64,000 bases of DNA, from assembly GCA_951406725.2 (NCBI GenBank), contig OX597817.1, positions 75,888,001 to 75,952,000 on the forward strand, read 5' to 3'. The translations under genes were made by a program, and so were the position numbers. The first letter of the stretch is position 1, and every line of letters begins with the position of its first letter. Shown here piece after piece: positions 11,431 through 25,815 of the stretch. The notes under the pieces were generated by a model. It worked only from the letters and a program-made list of their open reading frames with translations, searched no databases and was not told the DNA's origin. Source of the stretch: Octopus vulgaris. Taxonomy: Eukaryota.

Positions 11431-12322
11431 ATTCATTATGTAAAACTAATACTTTCTGCTCTAACCTGTAACGCGAATTTTAATATTCTACAACTTAGAT
11501 CTATACTATATTAAAATATTTTGATATTTAATAACTTGCATAAAGGCTCACAACTTCATTTTACAATTTTAATCTCAGTAAATTACATTATGTAATACAT
11601 TTCCATTTTCTGAAATAATGAGGTTTTCTTATCTCATTTCGAGATATATTTCGATGATACCTCTGATATTTAAAATTTTTCTTTAATATAGTTACGTACA
11701 AACTTATTTAACATCTTCGTATATATTCGTACACGGAAAGAAAATACGCTACATAAGTTGTCTGGAGAGAAAAAATTTCCTTATTTAAAATATGAGTGTG
11801 TAAACACGTCACTAGGCCATAAATAACGTTATCGGAACGTAAGATGCATGCATTTCTGCATCATTACACTTCATCAGTTACGTATACCAAACAGCTGTTC
11901 ATGGCCACCGAGAGCGTGTTCCCTTTATATTGGAATAGCAGATGATAACATTGCGGCTGAGCGAAAGGCTTTGTAAAGCAGTAATTAGATGTGCATTAAG
12001 CAGTTTTGAATGAAGTATAGTTATGAACAGTTTTGTTTAATATCTTGGTATACAATTCATTGAATACTGCTTAGTGCGCCTTCACTTATCTAACTTTGTT
12101 TATTCATCTGTTCATCAATATACATATGTTTATTTATATAATATTAAAACTATAAGCTTTTCTTTGAGTATATATATGCGTTGGGGAGAGAGCGGACAAA
12201 TGAATGTGTATGCATATCTAATTCGTACTGTTCACACTTCTATTTTTAAATTATTAAAAGCATTTTAAAAGGTTTTTGTTTGTCTTTCGATACACAGACT
12301 ACACATACATATACTGATGTGT

Positions 12323-12368
<46 letters not shown>

Positions 12369-12399
12369 GTGTATACACTTATATGATGTCTGTATATAT

Positions 12400-12795
12400 C
12401 TCTTTTACTCTTTTACTTGTTTCAGTCATATGACTGCGGCCATGCTGCAGCACCGCCTTTAGTCGAGCAAATCGACCCTAAGACTTATTCTTTGGAAACC
12501 TAGTACTTATTCTATCGGTCTCCTTTGCCGAACCGCTAGATTACGGGGACGTAAACACACCAGCATCGGTTGTCAAGCTATGTTGGAGGGACAAACACAG
12601 ACACACAAACATATATATATACACATATATACGACGGGCTTCTTTCAGTTTCCAGCTACCAAATCCACTTACAAGGCTTTGGTCAGCCAGAGGCTATACT
12701 AGAAAGCACTTGCCCAAGGTGCCTCGCAGTGGGACTGAACTCGGAACCATGTGGTTGGTAAGCAAGCTACTTGCCACACAGTCACTCCTGCGCCT
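12400..12795 (-). mobile_element. SINE family B, full length
   Basis: Head, internal (TA)/(TG) tract, 3' half ending GACTGAAACAAGTAAAAGAGTAAAAGAG. Confidence 0.92.
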
Positions 12796-12808
12796 ATGTA
12801 TATATGTA

Positions 12809-13628
12809 TGAGAGGATGTACCCAAAAGTAAGCAAAAACGTTCTCTATGGGACAAACCCTTTGCAGTTCAGGCTTCCGCCGCTAGAAGCCACTTGATGCA
12901 ACGCTCAGGCATCAGTCTGCCGACTGGTGTGGTCGGTTGTGGTCATACTGTTTTGCAGTGCTTCTACCCTGTTCTTCGACTTTTGCGATGGTTGAAGCGA
13001 AGGAACAGCATGTTTCCGTGAAATTCTGTTTTCTGCTGGGGAAGACATCTTTTCACGCTTGGAAATGGTTTTCACGCTTTAGGAATGGTCACTTGTCGCT
13101 TGAAGACCAGCCTCATTCAGAGTGACCGTCGAACACCCGAACGAATGAAAACATCATAAAAGTTCATGAACTGATCTTGGAGAAACCGTCACAGAACAAC
13201 TGACGAACTTGTTGATATGACTGGCGTGTCCTGGAGGTACTGCCAACGAATTTTGAGCGAGGAATTGAGCGAGGAAAAGAGTTCCAGCAAAATTTTTCTC
13301 GCTTACTCACGGAAGTTCAAAAGCAATCACGACTGAATGCATATCGTGATCTGAAAGAAAAGCTGAAAATTGATCTGCACCTTTCAAAGGTCATCACTGG
13401 TGACAAAAGCTGGTGCTACGGAATTTGCAAATGTAAAAAGAGGTGAGGGAAAAAATAAACGGCGGCTTTAAAAGGAATCACGTCGCAAGAGTTCTTAAGC
13501 AGTGGAAAACGCGTATGGATCGATGCATTGCTTCAAATGGAGAATACTTTGAAGACGATAAATGTATAAACATGTAAATCTAAGTGCCTAAAATAATGCA
13601 AAATCCCGGTTTCGTTTGGGTATATATA
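12809..13628 (+). mobile_element. Internally deleted mariner
   Basis: EQHVSVKFCFLLGK, KWFSRFRNG..SLED, KVITGDKSWCY remnants; decayed TIRs; homologous to 17603-18465. Confidence 0.82.
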
Positions 13629-13630
13629 CA

Positions 13631-13805
<175 letters not shown>

Positions 13806-14029
13806 TAAGTGTGTATCTATTTATATATGTTTGTATGTATTGAGTTCTTGGCCCAGTCTACTCAGCAGGAAAATGACACCTAACTTAATGCTCGTGTATC
13901 CTGTGTCTCCAGTTGTCACATATTGCTTGTTTCACTGAAGGAAGCGTCGGGTAGGCATGAGAGGTTTGTGTTCGCTCATTACTACATCGTCACACAAAAC
14001 AATTAGCGAAAGCATGATACATGCTATCA

Positions 14030-14388
14030 AGTCATGCGCGCTTTCGTGAGCCTCGGCGGTTAGAGAGTTGGACTTACACTCAAGAGGTAGTGATTTTGAT
14101 TCCCGGACCGGGATGTATGCTGTGTTCTTGAGCAAGACACTTTATTTCATGCTGCTCCAGTTCGTTCACCTGTATAAATGAAGTGCGACGTCACTGTTGC
14201 CAAGCTGTATCAGCCTTTGCCTTTCCCATGGATAACGTCGGTGACATGGAAAAGGAAGGTTGGTATGTATAAGCGACTATTGGTCTTCCATAAACAATTT
14301 TTCCCGGATTTGTGTCGCAGAGAAGAACTTTCTATGTGCAATTCTGCAATGCGATTTTCATTCATGACTGAAGTGGGCAATTATTCTT
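14030..14388 (+). mobile_element. Older tRNA-derived SINE with CORE-like TTGAGCAAGACACTT motif
   Basis: GGCGGTTAGAG..GATTCCCGGACC head, TGTGTTCTTGAGCAAGACACTTTATTTCA; related heads at about 32655 and 42200. Confidence 0.6.
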
Positions 14389-14500
<112 letters not shown>

Positions 14501-14752
14501 ATAAATACATATATAATCAAACATACATACATATACGTATATGCGCCTGTGAATATTCGTATACAAATCTATATATGAGTATCTAGCTATATATCTATGT
14601 ATATTTTTCTTTCGATATATTTATGAGTATAAAAAACGAAGATGAAGGTGTGTACACACACACATATACACACACACCGCACACACATATATTTATATAC
14701 ATATATATACACACGCATACATATTACACTTTTTTATACTTATAAACATATC

Positions 14753-14837
<85 letters not shown>

Positions 14838-15708
14838 CACACTCATACGTGCATACATGCACATTCATATTACCTTGTTAATGCTTTTGAACATATCTAA
14901 AGGGGAAAATATACAAACTATTTTATTAATATATTATATTTATTTTTAATATTAATATCCTTTAACCTAGTAAATACTAATAGAAGCTTTTTATTTTTGT
15001 TTACAGTATTTACTTTTAATAATATTTTTTTACCTCTAAATGCTTTGCATATTTAATTCAATAAATCACTTAACTGTAATGTTAGTTTCGTATTTGTTAT
15101 CTCTACACCTCCTATCAATATATTGAAATAATACAATTTAATTCTATTTTATTTTACTGTTAGCAAATAGTTCCGTACATTCGTCTATTTAAATATTTAG
15201 ATTTTAATGTTATTTATATTTGCTTTTGTACATCTATGCAATATGTATATATATACATATACATATATGCAATATGTATATATTTTATTTTATTCAATAT
15301 GCAAATATATCTAACTGTCGATGCGTTGTTCTGAAATACTGCTTTGCATCACTGATTAATTTTTAATCTAAAGTTTATATATTCATAGAGTTCCGTTCAA
15401 ACGTAAGAATACACTGAATGATTTTTTTAATAACTAGCAGTATCCGCTGAAATTGTACGATCTATTTTGTGGTACAGTGTTCAGCCATAAATATCTCTTA
15501 TCTTGGTAGTAATATTCTGTAATTTCTTTCATAGTCCTTTCACTAATTTTTAAGAAATCTTGTCTATTCTCTTGAGTCATGTTTTCTGCTTCTGACTCGT
15601 GCAAAAAGATTCTTGCCTATCAGCATTCATATTTTGACTCTTATCGTGATTAACAGTTCTCATTCTTTCTGTCTCAGTTCCAGTTTCACCTTTCGTTATA
15701 TGAATAAT

Positions 15709-16100
15709 CCTTTCTGCTATAGGCACAAGGCCTGAAATTTGTGTGGCCGTGGCGGTGGGGAGGACGCCACTGATTCACTGGTACTTAATATATGAACCTC
15801 AAAAAGAAGAAAGGCAAAGACAACCTCTGCGAAATTTGAACTCAGAACGTAACGGCAGACGAAATACCTATTTCTTTACTACCCACAAGGGGCTAAACAT
15901 AGAGGGGACAAACAAGGACAGACAAACGGATTAAGTCGATTATATCGACCCCAGTGCGTAACTGGTACTTAATTTATCGACCCCGAAAGGATGAAAGGCA
16001 AGTCGACCTCGGCGGAATTTGAACCCAGAACGTAACGGCAGACGAAATACCGCTAAGCATTTCGCCCGGCGTGCTAACGATTCTGCCAGCTCGCCGCCTT
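15709..16100 (-). mobile_element. SINE family A dimer (tail A unit followed by a headless tail B unit)
   Basis: Junction at 15868/15869; TSD TCGTTATATGA(A/G)TAAT at 15693-15708 and 16103-16118. Confidence 0.92.
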
Positions 16101-16621
16101 TATCGTTATATGAGTAATACGAACGCTAATAGCATGCGAACATATACACATGCTACCACCCACTCTATCACAAGCGCATGCGCACACACACATCTATTTG
16201 GCATTTATGCAATTGCGTTCGAATGCACATAAGTGTGTGTATGTGTGCGCATATCGGTAGTGTTAAATTAAATTTCTCTCTCTTTTTCTCTCTCTCTTTC
16301 TATTGCACTCACATTTATACCAACCCGTTTCCAGAAAGTAGCAGATCTTTTACATCACAGGAATCTGTCCCTAAAACTTTAATACAAGAGAAAATGTACT
16401 TTAATATTTCATTTTATTCTAGTGTTATTCGTTTGTACCCTATTGGAGTTAGGTTATTATATGAACCTAGAATACCTTATTTACTTCTGTATATTCATTA
16501 CATATTTTCTACCTATTGATTTGGTTATAATTATTTAATCATTTCAATCTCAATGGTGCTATATTTTCCACACACGCACAAACACATACATATCTTTATT
16601 ATTTATAATCACTATATATTT

Positions 16622-17031
16622 CTTTCTTTTACTTTCTTTTACTTGTTTCAGTCATTTGACTGCGGCCATGCTGGAGCACCGCCTTTAGTCGAGGAGCAAA
16701 TCGACCCCGGGCCCTATTCTTTGTAAGTACTTATTCTATCGGTCTCTTTTGCCGAACGGCTAAGTGACGGGGACGTAAACACACCAGCATCGGTTGTCAA
16801 GCAATGCTAAGGGGACAAACACAGACACACAAACATATACACACACACTTATATATATATATACATATATACGACAGGCTTCTTTCAGTTTCCGTCTACC
16901 AAATCCACTCACAAGGCATTGGTCGGCCCGGGCTATAGCAGAAGACACTTGCCCAAGATGCCACGCAGTGGGACTGAACCCGGAACCATGTGGTTGGTTA
17001 GCAAGCTACTTACCACACAGCCACTCCTGCG

Positions 17032-17034
<3 letters not shown>
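16622..17034 (-). mobile_element. SINE family B, full length
   Basis: High similarity to 12400-12795 and 30322-30717. Confidence 0.93.
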
Positions 17035-17090
<56 letters not shown>

Positions 17091-17391
17091 AGTTAAATTG
17101 GAGATAAAACCACTATTAGGCAAATCAAACAGTGAAAAACATAAACCAAATCATGAAAATAAAAATAATTAATATAATTTACAAAATATATAAAATATAA
17201 AATTTAAAATTATGTATATATATATACATAATTTTGAGAAGTTTTGGAAAAAGACAAGTTTTGTTGGGGATGCAAATCCTCATAGTCGTATACAGCAGAA
17301 CGAGACACCAAAACAAAAGGTCCATACCGTTTTTCACTCCTCGATATATATATATATATATGTATATAGATATATATAGATATATATATAC

Positions 17392-17424
<33 letters not shown>

Positions 17425-17453
17425 GATATATATAGATATATATATACATATAC

Positions 17454-17496
<43 letters not shown>

Positions 17497-17512
17497 CACA
17501 CACACACACACA

Positions 17513-17564
<52 letters not shown>

Positions 17565-17602
17565 CATAAATACATACATCCGTACACAAGCATATGTACG
17601 TA

Positions 17603-18465
17603 TGAGGGTATACCCGAAAGAAACCACAATTTTGCAAGTTATTTTATTCACTTAGTTTTACAGGTTTACTCATTTATCGCCTTCGAAGTATTCTTCATTT
17701 GAAGTAATACATCAGCCCAGACGCGTTTTCCAGTGTTCGAAGAAGTGCAAAAACTCTTGCCTTTTAAAGCCTCCATCGACTTTTTTCTTCATGACTTCCA
17801 CATCTGAAAATTCCGTAGCACCAGTTTTCGTCACCAGTGATGACATTCGAAAAAATGGCCCGGATCAGCTGCCAGCTGTTCTTTCAGTTCACGACACGCA
17901 TTCAGTCTGGATTGCTTTTGAGCAAGCGAGGCACAAATTTGCTGCAATTCTTTTCATTCACAATTCCTCGCTCAAAATTCGCTGGCAGTAGCTTCAGGCA
18001 CACCAGTCATATCAACAAGTTCATAAATTGTTCGGCGACGGTCCTCATGAATTTTCCTGATGTTTTCATTCGTTTAGGTGTTCGACGGTCAGGTTGGTCC
18101 TCAAGTGACAAGTGACCAATCCTTAAACGTGAAAACCATTCGAAACTTGTGATTTACGAATCAGGCAGCATCTTTGTAAGCAGTCTGAAGCATGACAACT
18201 GTTTCAGCCGTCGTTTTCCTCGGCAGAAAAAAAAGTTTCAAGGAAGCACACTATTCATTCGCTTCTGCGTTCGCAAGAATTGACGAACAGGGGAGAAGCA
18301 CTGCAAAACAAAGATGCACCATGTGGTAGCATGACCTCACTAAACGACACAAGTTGGCAGACTGATGCCTGAGTGTTGCATCTAGTGTCTTCTTGCAGTT
18401 GAAGCCTGAACTACAGCTGACTTGTCTCACAGAGAACACTTTCGATTAGTTTTGGGTATTCCTAA
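17603..18465 (-). mobile_element. Internally deleted mariner, same family as 12809-13628, opposite orientation
   Basis: Shared 5' leader (GCAACxCTCAGGCATCAGTCTGCC), shared internal deletion after the VTGD..W-like region, decayed TIRs GAGGGTATACCCGAAA. Confidence 0.82.
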
Positions 18466-18479
18466 TATATATAAACAGG

Positions 18480-18541
<62 letters not shown>

Positions 18542-19067
18542 TGCACATTAGTTATATTACTAAGTTTTAATTATGAAAGCTGTACAGACATAATTGATTC
18601 GACAGGTACCTTCGAAGACTGATATTTTGATTTATTCTTTTTCATTTTATTTTACTGTTTCTTTTCATTTAGGGAGGAAAGAGGTGTCTATGAGACGTTT
18701 CAGCCTTGCGAAACTAAGTAGAGAACGATACCTCAAACCGGAAACATGAATGCTTGCAACAGAGTGAACTGTTCTGCTAATATCTATATACATGCGTGCA
18801 CACACACACACACATAATTTATTTACCATCTTTCTGCTTTGTTTTTCTTCAGAATACTACGGCTCCAATGGGAATTCATTAGTTCTTTAAGTTCGTTCAA
18901 CCTTTCTTAACCGATCAATGAACCAATTGCGTTAACCAATCAATGAACAAACCTACAATAACTATCGCATACTCGCGTACGTAGGATTTACTACATTAAA
19001 CGCATATATAATGATCATTATCATTATTTATACGTTGTCTTTCATATATATATATAATATATATATA

Positions 19068-19131
<64 letters not shown>

Positions 19132-19132
19132 T

Positions 19133-19167
<35 letters not shown>

Positions 19168-19212
19168 ATATATATGTATATATATGTATAAATGTTTTTG
19201 CGTATGTATATA

Positions 19213-19278
19213 TTTCGAAATTTCGGTTTAGCAGCCGTCAGAATCCCTCATGGCGGTCGGTAAACCGAAATTTTGAAG
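19213..19278. mobile_element. Tiny palindromic MITE (~66 bp) with TA flanks
   Basis: TTTCGAAATTTCGGTTTAGCAGCCGTCA pairs with TGGCGGTCGGTAAACCGAAATTTTGAAG. Confidence 0.7.
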
Positions 19279-19697
19279 TATATGTCAGCGCAATGTCAGC
19301 AAAAATATATCTGATATGATATTCCACTCAAAAGTTTTCAATTAACTAAATCTTTTTCGATTGAATTTGACAGTCTTGATAACATTTCATCACGCACACA
19401 AACACGTACACATATGTATACACGTATGAGTGTGTGTGTGTGTGTGTGAGTGTGTGTCTGTGTGCGTTTGCATCAGTATGTATATTGAATCACCACGAGT
19501 GAGTCATTCAACGAATAAGGAACGCATTCTTATTGGTCCTATTAGACGTCCTTTTATTTTACTTAGACAAATACTCTACGAAAAAACCAACTAGATATTT
19601 GATTGTTGCATAAATCTTCAGATCACTCAATTAGCCAGTCTTTTTCACATACATACAAACATACATGCATACATACATACATACATACATACATACA

Positions 19698-19729
<32 letters not shown>

Positions 19730-19827
19730 AGAATGTCTATGTATGTATATGAAGATGTATACATACATGCCCATTAAGTCCCTGCAAACTTTCCGAGAGT
19801 CGAACACACACAAAATGTATAAATATA

Positions 19828-19864
<37 letters not shown>

Positions 19865-19907
19865 TTATACACATAATGAAATAACTTAATTTTAAGTACT
19901 AAAATAT

Positions 19908-20095
19908 AAGGCGGCGTGGTGGGAGAATCGTTGGAACATCGGACAAAATACTTAGCAGCATCTCATCAGTCTTTAAGTTCTGAGTTCAAATTCTGTCATG
20001 TTCGACTTTGCCTTTCATCCTTTCGGGATCGACGAATTAAGTACAAGTTGAACTCTGGGGGTCGATGAAATTAGCACAAGTTGAGGACTTGGAAC
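19908..20095 (+). mobile_element. SINE family A, diverged copy
   Basis: AAGGCGGCG head, GACTTTGCCTTTCATCCTTTCGGG body. Confidence 0.8.
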
Positions 20096-20151
20096 GATGA
20101 AATAATAATAAAAAATCCCGAGAAACGATAATATGTCACTATACTGAACCC

Positions 20152-20460
20152 TAGTGGTGGCGCAATGGCCCACTGGTTAGGACAGCGTGCTCGCGGTTTC
20201 GATTCCCATACCGGGCCTTGTGTGTGTTTATTGCGCGAAAACACCAAAAAGCTCCACGAGGCTCCGGCAGTGGGGTGGGTGGCGACCCCTGTTGTACTCT
20301 TTCGCTACAACTTTCTTTCACTCTCTCTTCCTGTTTCTTGAGTAACGCAGCGATGGGCTGGCGTCCCGTCCAGCTGGGGAGGGGGGGACACATACGCCAC
20401 AGAAACTGGGAAACCGGGCCCATGAGCCAGGCTAGGCTTGAAAAGGGCGACGTTTAACGT
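20152..20460 (+). mobile_element. tRNA-derived SINE family C with a V-domain-like segment
   Basis: A/B boxes (TGGCCCACTGG; GTTTCGATTCC), GCGATGGGCTGGCGTCCCGTCCAG resembling the V-SINE domain; 12-bp TSD TATACTGAACCC (20140-20151, 20461-20472). Confidence 0.88.
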
Positions 20461-21259
20461 TATACTGAACCCGGCTCATAATCATCTACCCTAATCATGG
20501 ATCTTTGCTGGAACAGAAATTTCACTTCATTCATTTTTGCACATAAAACCACCTGACATGAATATTTTCTCAGTCATATAGATGTTATCAAGTATTTTGG
20601 CTAGGTTTTTTTTTACGGTGTATTGAAGAACTTTATTTCTTTCATCTATCCTTCTAATTCGCTCTTATACTCTTTTTATTTTATAATACGTATAAACGGA
20701 GAAACTCTATTAGTCTCTAATGGAAAGGAATGATTTATTCTATTACTTCACTAAACATGTTTTTTTACATAGGCTGCTAAAACATAAATCTAGGTTCCGT
20801 ATCATGCCTGTGTTGAAGTACCATCGATCTTGTTACATACTAGAGAAAGATTCTGGCAGTAATTCAAGATGGTTATAGAGTACTACTTATTAAATTCCAT
20901 TTTTCCAAAAGAGATTCTTAGTGCTAGATTATCCGAAATTCTAATCTGTGAAAACTTTGCAGCCTTACCTGATTTTATTTTGGTGGTGAAGTTAGTTAAG
21001 TGCAATAAGGCACTTAAAGAAAAAAACAAGAAAACATTTTTTACTTGAACGCTTACTTTGTCAAGAAACGGAAGAGACATACAGCTTCGATAAGGCATGA
21101 ATACTAAATCACAGTATTGGTTCCAAATGAAATACTTGGCTGCATTCCTATAGTGCATAATCTAAAAACATTTTTTTTTACAATATTGAAAATTAAACGT
21201 CAAATAAACAAAAGAAAACGCATTTATCTAAATATTGCTATCAAAGGAACAATCGAAAC

Positions 21260-21640
21260 AATTCTAAGTGTTATTGTGGATTGAATCCTGGCAAGAATAT
21301 GAAGTCTATCCAAGGAAAGGAACATTTGCAGCAGAACGCCAACAAAGCGGTGCAGTGTACACGCGACTGCAATGTTATGTTTTGGCGGGTAGTATATAGT
21401 CGTTCTAGAGAATTTTCTTCGGTCGCTTCATCTGTCTGATATCGGCGACTTTTCAAGAGAAATTTCGCAATTAAAAACGAAAGAAAATTCTACAATGGAA
21501 AAATTGTGAGAATAAGTCCAATGTGGGGATGATAGGCGTCTCGCACTTTGTCGAAGTGTCACGATTAAGAAATGTCGTGTGAGCAAATGCAACGTCGATG
21601 CGCAGCATCCAGGCTTTTTTGTCTGTATCTCAAGTCTCTT
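21260..21640 (-). mobile_element. Highly decayed mariner 3' remnant
   Basis: PHWTYSHNFSIVEFSFVF resembles PHPPYSPDLAPxDFFLF. Confidence 0.45.
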
Positions 21641-22397
21641 TTGTACTTCCTGTGTCAGGCATCTCCAAATCCAAGTTAAAATCACCATGGGAAATGAACT
21701 CATGATATCTGTAAAAATATTGTAAAACGATTACTGAAAATATTTTGATAGAACTGTCAAGGATATACAGTGATTGGTTTTGCTAAGAAATGTTTAAGGG
21801 ATTAATGCAGTCTTACTCGTAACAACATACATTCAGAAATGAAAATATGTTTTAACTTTACCTATTCACCCAGCTGGTCACTAGGCAAGTTCAGCTGCAC
21901 TTTACATATGAGAACACCATATCTTTCAAAGAAATAAATATATGTGGAACTACAGACAGATAGATAGATAGATAGACAGACAGACAGGCACATAGATAGA
22001 TGAAGAAAGCATTTCCAACCAAAACATATGGTCCAAATCGTACTCACACTTGAAAGATTATAATTTGTTTTCTGTTTTCGGTCACGTTGACGCTGATCCA
22101 GGCCGGTGGAGAAGCTGCTTTTTCTTTCAACCTCATAGACATACACCCACTTGCCTCTTGTTATTGGAATGATGAAGCAGCATCTGTATGACCATTACGT
22201 CATCTCATTTTGTCCAACTGACAGCAGATAATTGTGTGTGTATGTGCGCGTGTGTATTTGTGCAATTGTGAGTGTTTGTGTGAATGTGTGTGAGTCCATG
22301 AATATACATATATGCACACATCTACACACACTCTTTATATATGATATATGAATTGACCTCATGTTAAATATGAGCAATTTTTACTATTTTTTATGTA

Positions 22398-23641
22398 CGA
22401 GGGGCGTTCAATAAGTAATGCCTCTGACCCACTTGCCGTTGGATTAAGTGGCAAATTACAGCTCCGAACTAATTGTAGTTTCTGATTTACAGGTGTTTGA
22501 AATGAGTCAAGTGGGAAATGGAGCCTGTTGAGTGTCGAGCAGTGATCCGGTTTTTGTATTTGAAATGACGCACACCACAGGAGACTTTTATGAAATGAAA
22601 ATAACTTATGGTGATGATGCCCCATCATATGACCTTGTAAAACGCTGGCATCGTGAATTCAAACATGGTCGGAACTCTGTGGAAACAGCTCCCAGATCTG
22701 GTCGCACCCCTTCTGCCATTGATGAGGCATCTGTCCGTCAAGTTGATACTGCCATTTTGGAAGATCGACGCATAACTATTCGCCAAATAGCCCATGAGGT
22801 CAAGATTAGTACCGGGTCTGTGGAAGCTATCATTCATGACCATTTTCATATGCAAAAGGTGTCTGCCAGATGGATTCCCAGGTTGCTCACACTTTTCCAG
22901 AAGCAAGAGCGCGTCGAGTGCTCGAGGATGAATTTAGGGATGTGCCAAGACGATGAGTCAAAATTTTTCAAAAGACTGATTACACAGGATGAGACCTGGG
23001 TCCATCACTATGATCCAGAGACCAAACCCCAGTCAATGCAGTGGAAGCACCATGACTCACCTCCTCCAAAGGAGGCAAGGGTGCAGCCCTCCGCTGGCAA
23101 GGTCATGCTCACAGTCTTCTGGGACCAGGACGGAGTAGTGATGACATATTTCCTGGCAAAGGGTACCACAATTACAGGAGCCTATTATGCTTCACTTTTG
23201 AAGAAATTAAGAGAAGCTATCAAAACCAAGAGGCGGGGCAAGATCAGCAAAGGCATCCTCCTCCTGCAGGACAACGTTCCGGTCCACAACTCGCGTGTCA
23301 CCAGATCAGAAGCACAGGCGTGCGGCTATGAACTCTTCCCCCATCCCCCTACTCTCCTGACCTTGCACCCTCTGATTTTCACCTCTTCCCAGCCATGAAG
23401 TTGTTTTTGAAAGGAAAGCGTTTCCCAGATGATGCAGCCTTGATTTCTGATGTCACGTCGTGGTTGGAGGACCAAGCTGGGGTCTTCTACGAAAACGGTC
23501 TCCAGAGCTGCATCAAACGATGGGAGAGATGCGTAACTCTGGGTTGTTCCTATGTAGAAAAAGATTAATAACTGTGCTAAGTTTCGTTGCTCTACTGCTA
23601 TGGGAAGTGGATCAGGGGCATTACTTATTGAACGCCCCTCG
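22398..23641 (+). mobile_element. Near-intact mariner (irritans/Himar1-Hsmar2-like), 1244 bp
   Basis: 30-bp TIRs CGAGGGGCGTTCAATAAGTAATGCC(T/C)CTGA with 1 mismatch, TA on both sides. Confidence 0.96.
22518..23568 (+). pseudogene. Mariner DD34D transposase with three apparent lesions
   Basis: MEPVECRAVIRFLYLK*(TGA)..., a 1-bp frameshift near 22590, WIPRLL, QDETW, LLQDN, a 1-bp frameshift near 23348 before YSPDLAPSDFHLF, ends YVEKD*. Confidence 0.93.
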
Positions 23642-24224
23642 TATATTACCAAGTTGCCGACAGCGTGCTAAAAAGTGGGTGCTAATATTCTATTAGGCGA
23701 ACACTTAACACCAAGCGTCAAAAGCGATTTTATGATGCAAGTAGTCGATAATGCAATAAAGTACTTTCAATAGATTGAACAAACAACACGATACATGTTC
23801 AATTATCCCCTTAAACTCCTATGGCACGTACGATTACTGATACCTACTGCTCCAACAGAAATTTTACGGACACACCAAACGAAGATTTCCACGAACCACA
23901 ACGCGAAGGCTTACGACGTACTTATTGCCTGGTGTGGTAGAAATTTGTCCAGAGTTGGAATTGTCTTCTCGGAATGTTCTTTTCGCTTTGAATGTTTGGC
24001 ATTATCCGTGTCGTTGCGCAGAGCCTCAAAATTCTTATTTACAATCGACATATAAAGTTTTTTTTTTCCAATTTGAACAGAATTTCACATAAGTACTTTG
24101 CTCTTCTAAATATTCCCCCAAAATAGTCAAGTGCACTAATCATACATTTACGCTAGCACGCATAGATTGATAACTAACTGATGTATAATGATATAGCTAT
24201 TATTAGATCCGGGGTAAAAGTCAC

Positions 24225-24390
24225 CCGCCAAAACATTTTTTAAAGACGTTTTAAAACCCGATGGGAACAGTGTATCAACATTGTAGTTAGTGAGGTCTAT
24301 TTTTTAAGAAGACAAATCTCATTAACTTTTAAATAAAGCAATAAATTTGACTTTTAAAAATGATCGGTTTCCTTTTAGACAGATCTCGCA
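24225..24390 (+). mobile_element. Mariner 3' end remnant
   Basis: RWEQCI-like codons followed by a TIR-like end TTTCCTTTTAGACAGATCTCG. Confidence 0.5.
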
Positions 24391-25533
24391 TATTATTTAA
24401 AGCATTCTAAAATGCCACACATACACACACGTACACATACACACACAAACAAACACACACACACACGTACACATACATACACACACACGCCGTCTCATAT
24501 ATACCATCAACATATACAGGATGTGTATAATTTCCTTGCACAGAAGATTTAAAGTTTTAGTGGAAATCATTGAATTTGTCAGTATCTTAGAAGTGTGTTC
24601 CCGCATGGATAAAACGTTCTTGTCTAAAAAGAAGAAAGTAACAGAAAACATTTTGATATGTTGGTCTACAGTAAACAGCAATTGGTTATGCTAAAAAATG
24701 TTATAAATAAAAGCATTCTCAAACGTAAGAACTTACAGCTATATACAATAATAAAAAAGTAAAATATATTTTCCCTTTTATCTGTTTACTCAGCTGGACA
24801 CTAGGCTGTAAGTTTTATATTAAATTATAATAATTCTGTCACAGTAAAAAACCATATGGAACCACATTTACATACAGACACAAACTCATATATTTATATT
24901 TTGAGATTTCGCGTAGGCATCGTGATATTAGTAACCGGGAGTTTGAACACAATATGCATATGTTTCAGAACAAAGTGTGAGCAGAGTGCGAAACAAAAAT
25001 TACATCATAAACTTCATAACTTGGAGCTGAGTGCGTGTGCATCACCTTATAAATTCTTCGAAGCTTCTAAATTAGTTGACTACATAAACTCTGTCCCGTT
25101 TATTTAATATATGTATGTGAATACATGTGGTGGCATTTGATATATGTATGTGTATACATTTGATGATTTGAAAACACAACACCTAATAATCTAACAGTAT
25201 ATCTTTTCTACCCCTCTGATGAGATTTTGCCTAATACTAATACAATGATTTAAATTATTGTAATTTAATCTTTTAGGCTAAATTGTAACAGGTGTAAGAG
25301 AATATGTTGGATTTTTGCAGATAATAGATTATATTACTGCTACATCTTCATTTTCTAAATTTTCTTTTGAATATTTATAAACCAAGATTTATATTTAGAC
25401 CTATTATTTCATGAATATTATTATTCACAAAAAATACTAGGCAATGAATCAGTAATTCATTGGATATTACTATCACTTAATAAGGCTATTTTATTCTTAA
25501 TAAGGCTAATTTATTCTCTATTCTCTATATTTT

Positions 25534-25604
<71 letters not shown>

Positions 25605-25815
25605 CTGAGGGATGCTAAAAGGTTCCTGGCTTTGGATTATAGGAAGTACAGGTGTACTAGTTAATTATAATTTTATCCAACATATTCTGCTCTCAGATTC
25701 AACACTTATTGCAGCGATCTTTCATATTTTTCAGCCCTGTAAAAGAACTCGGAAGGTTGGGCTTCCAACCAGACCTTTCGCGACACCCTTAAAACCGGGG
25801 ACTTTTCAGCATCAC
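25605..25815 (+). mobile_element. Mariner-type MITE fragment, same family as 40483-40700
   Basis: GAGGGATGCTAAAAGGTTCCTGGC terminus; internal sequence is the reverse complement of part of 40483-40700. Confidence 0.7.
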
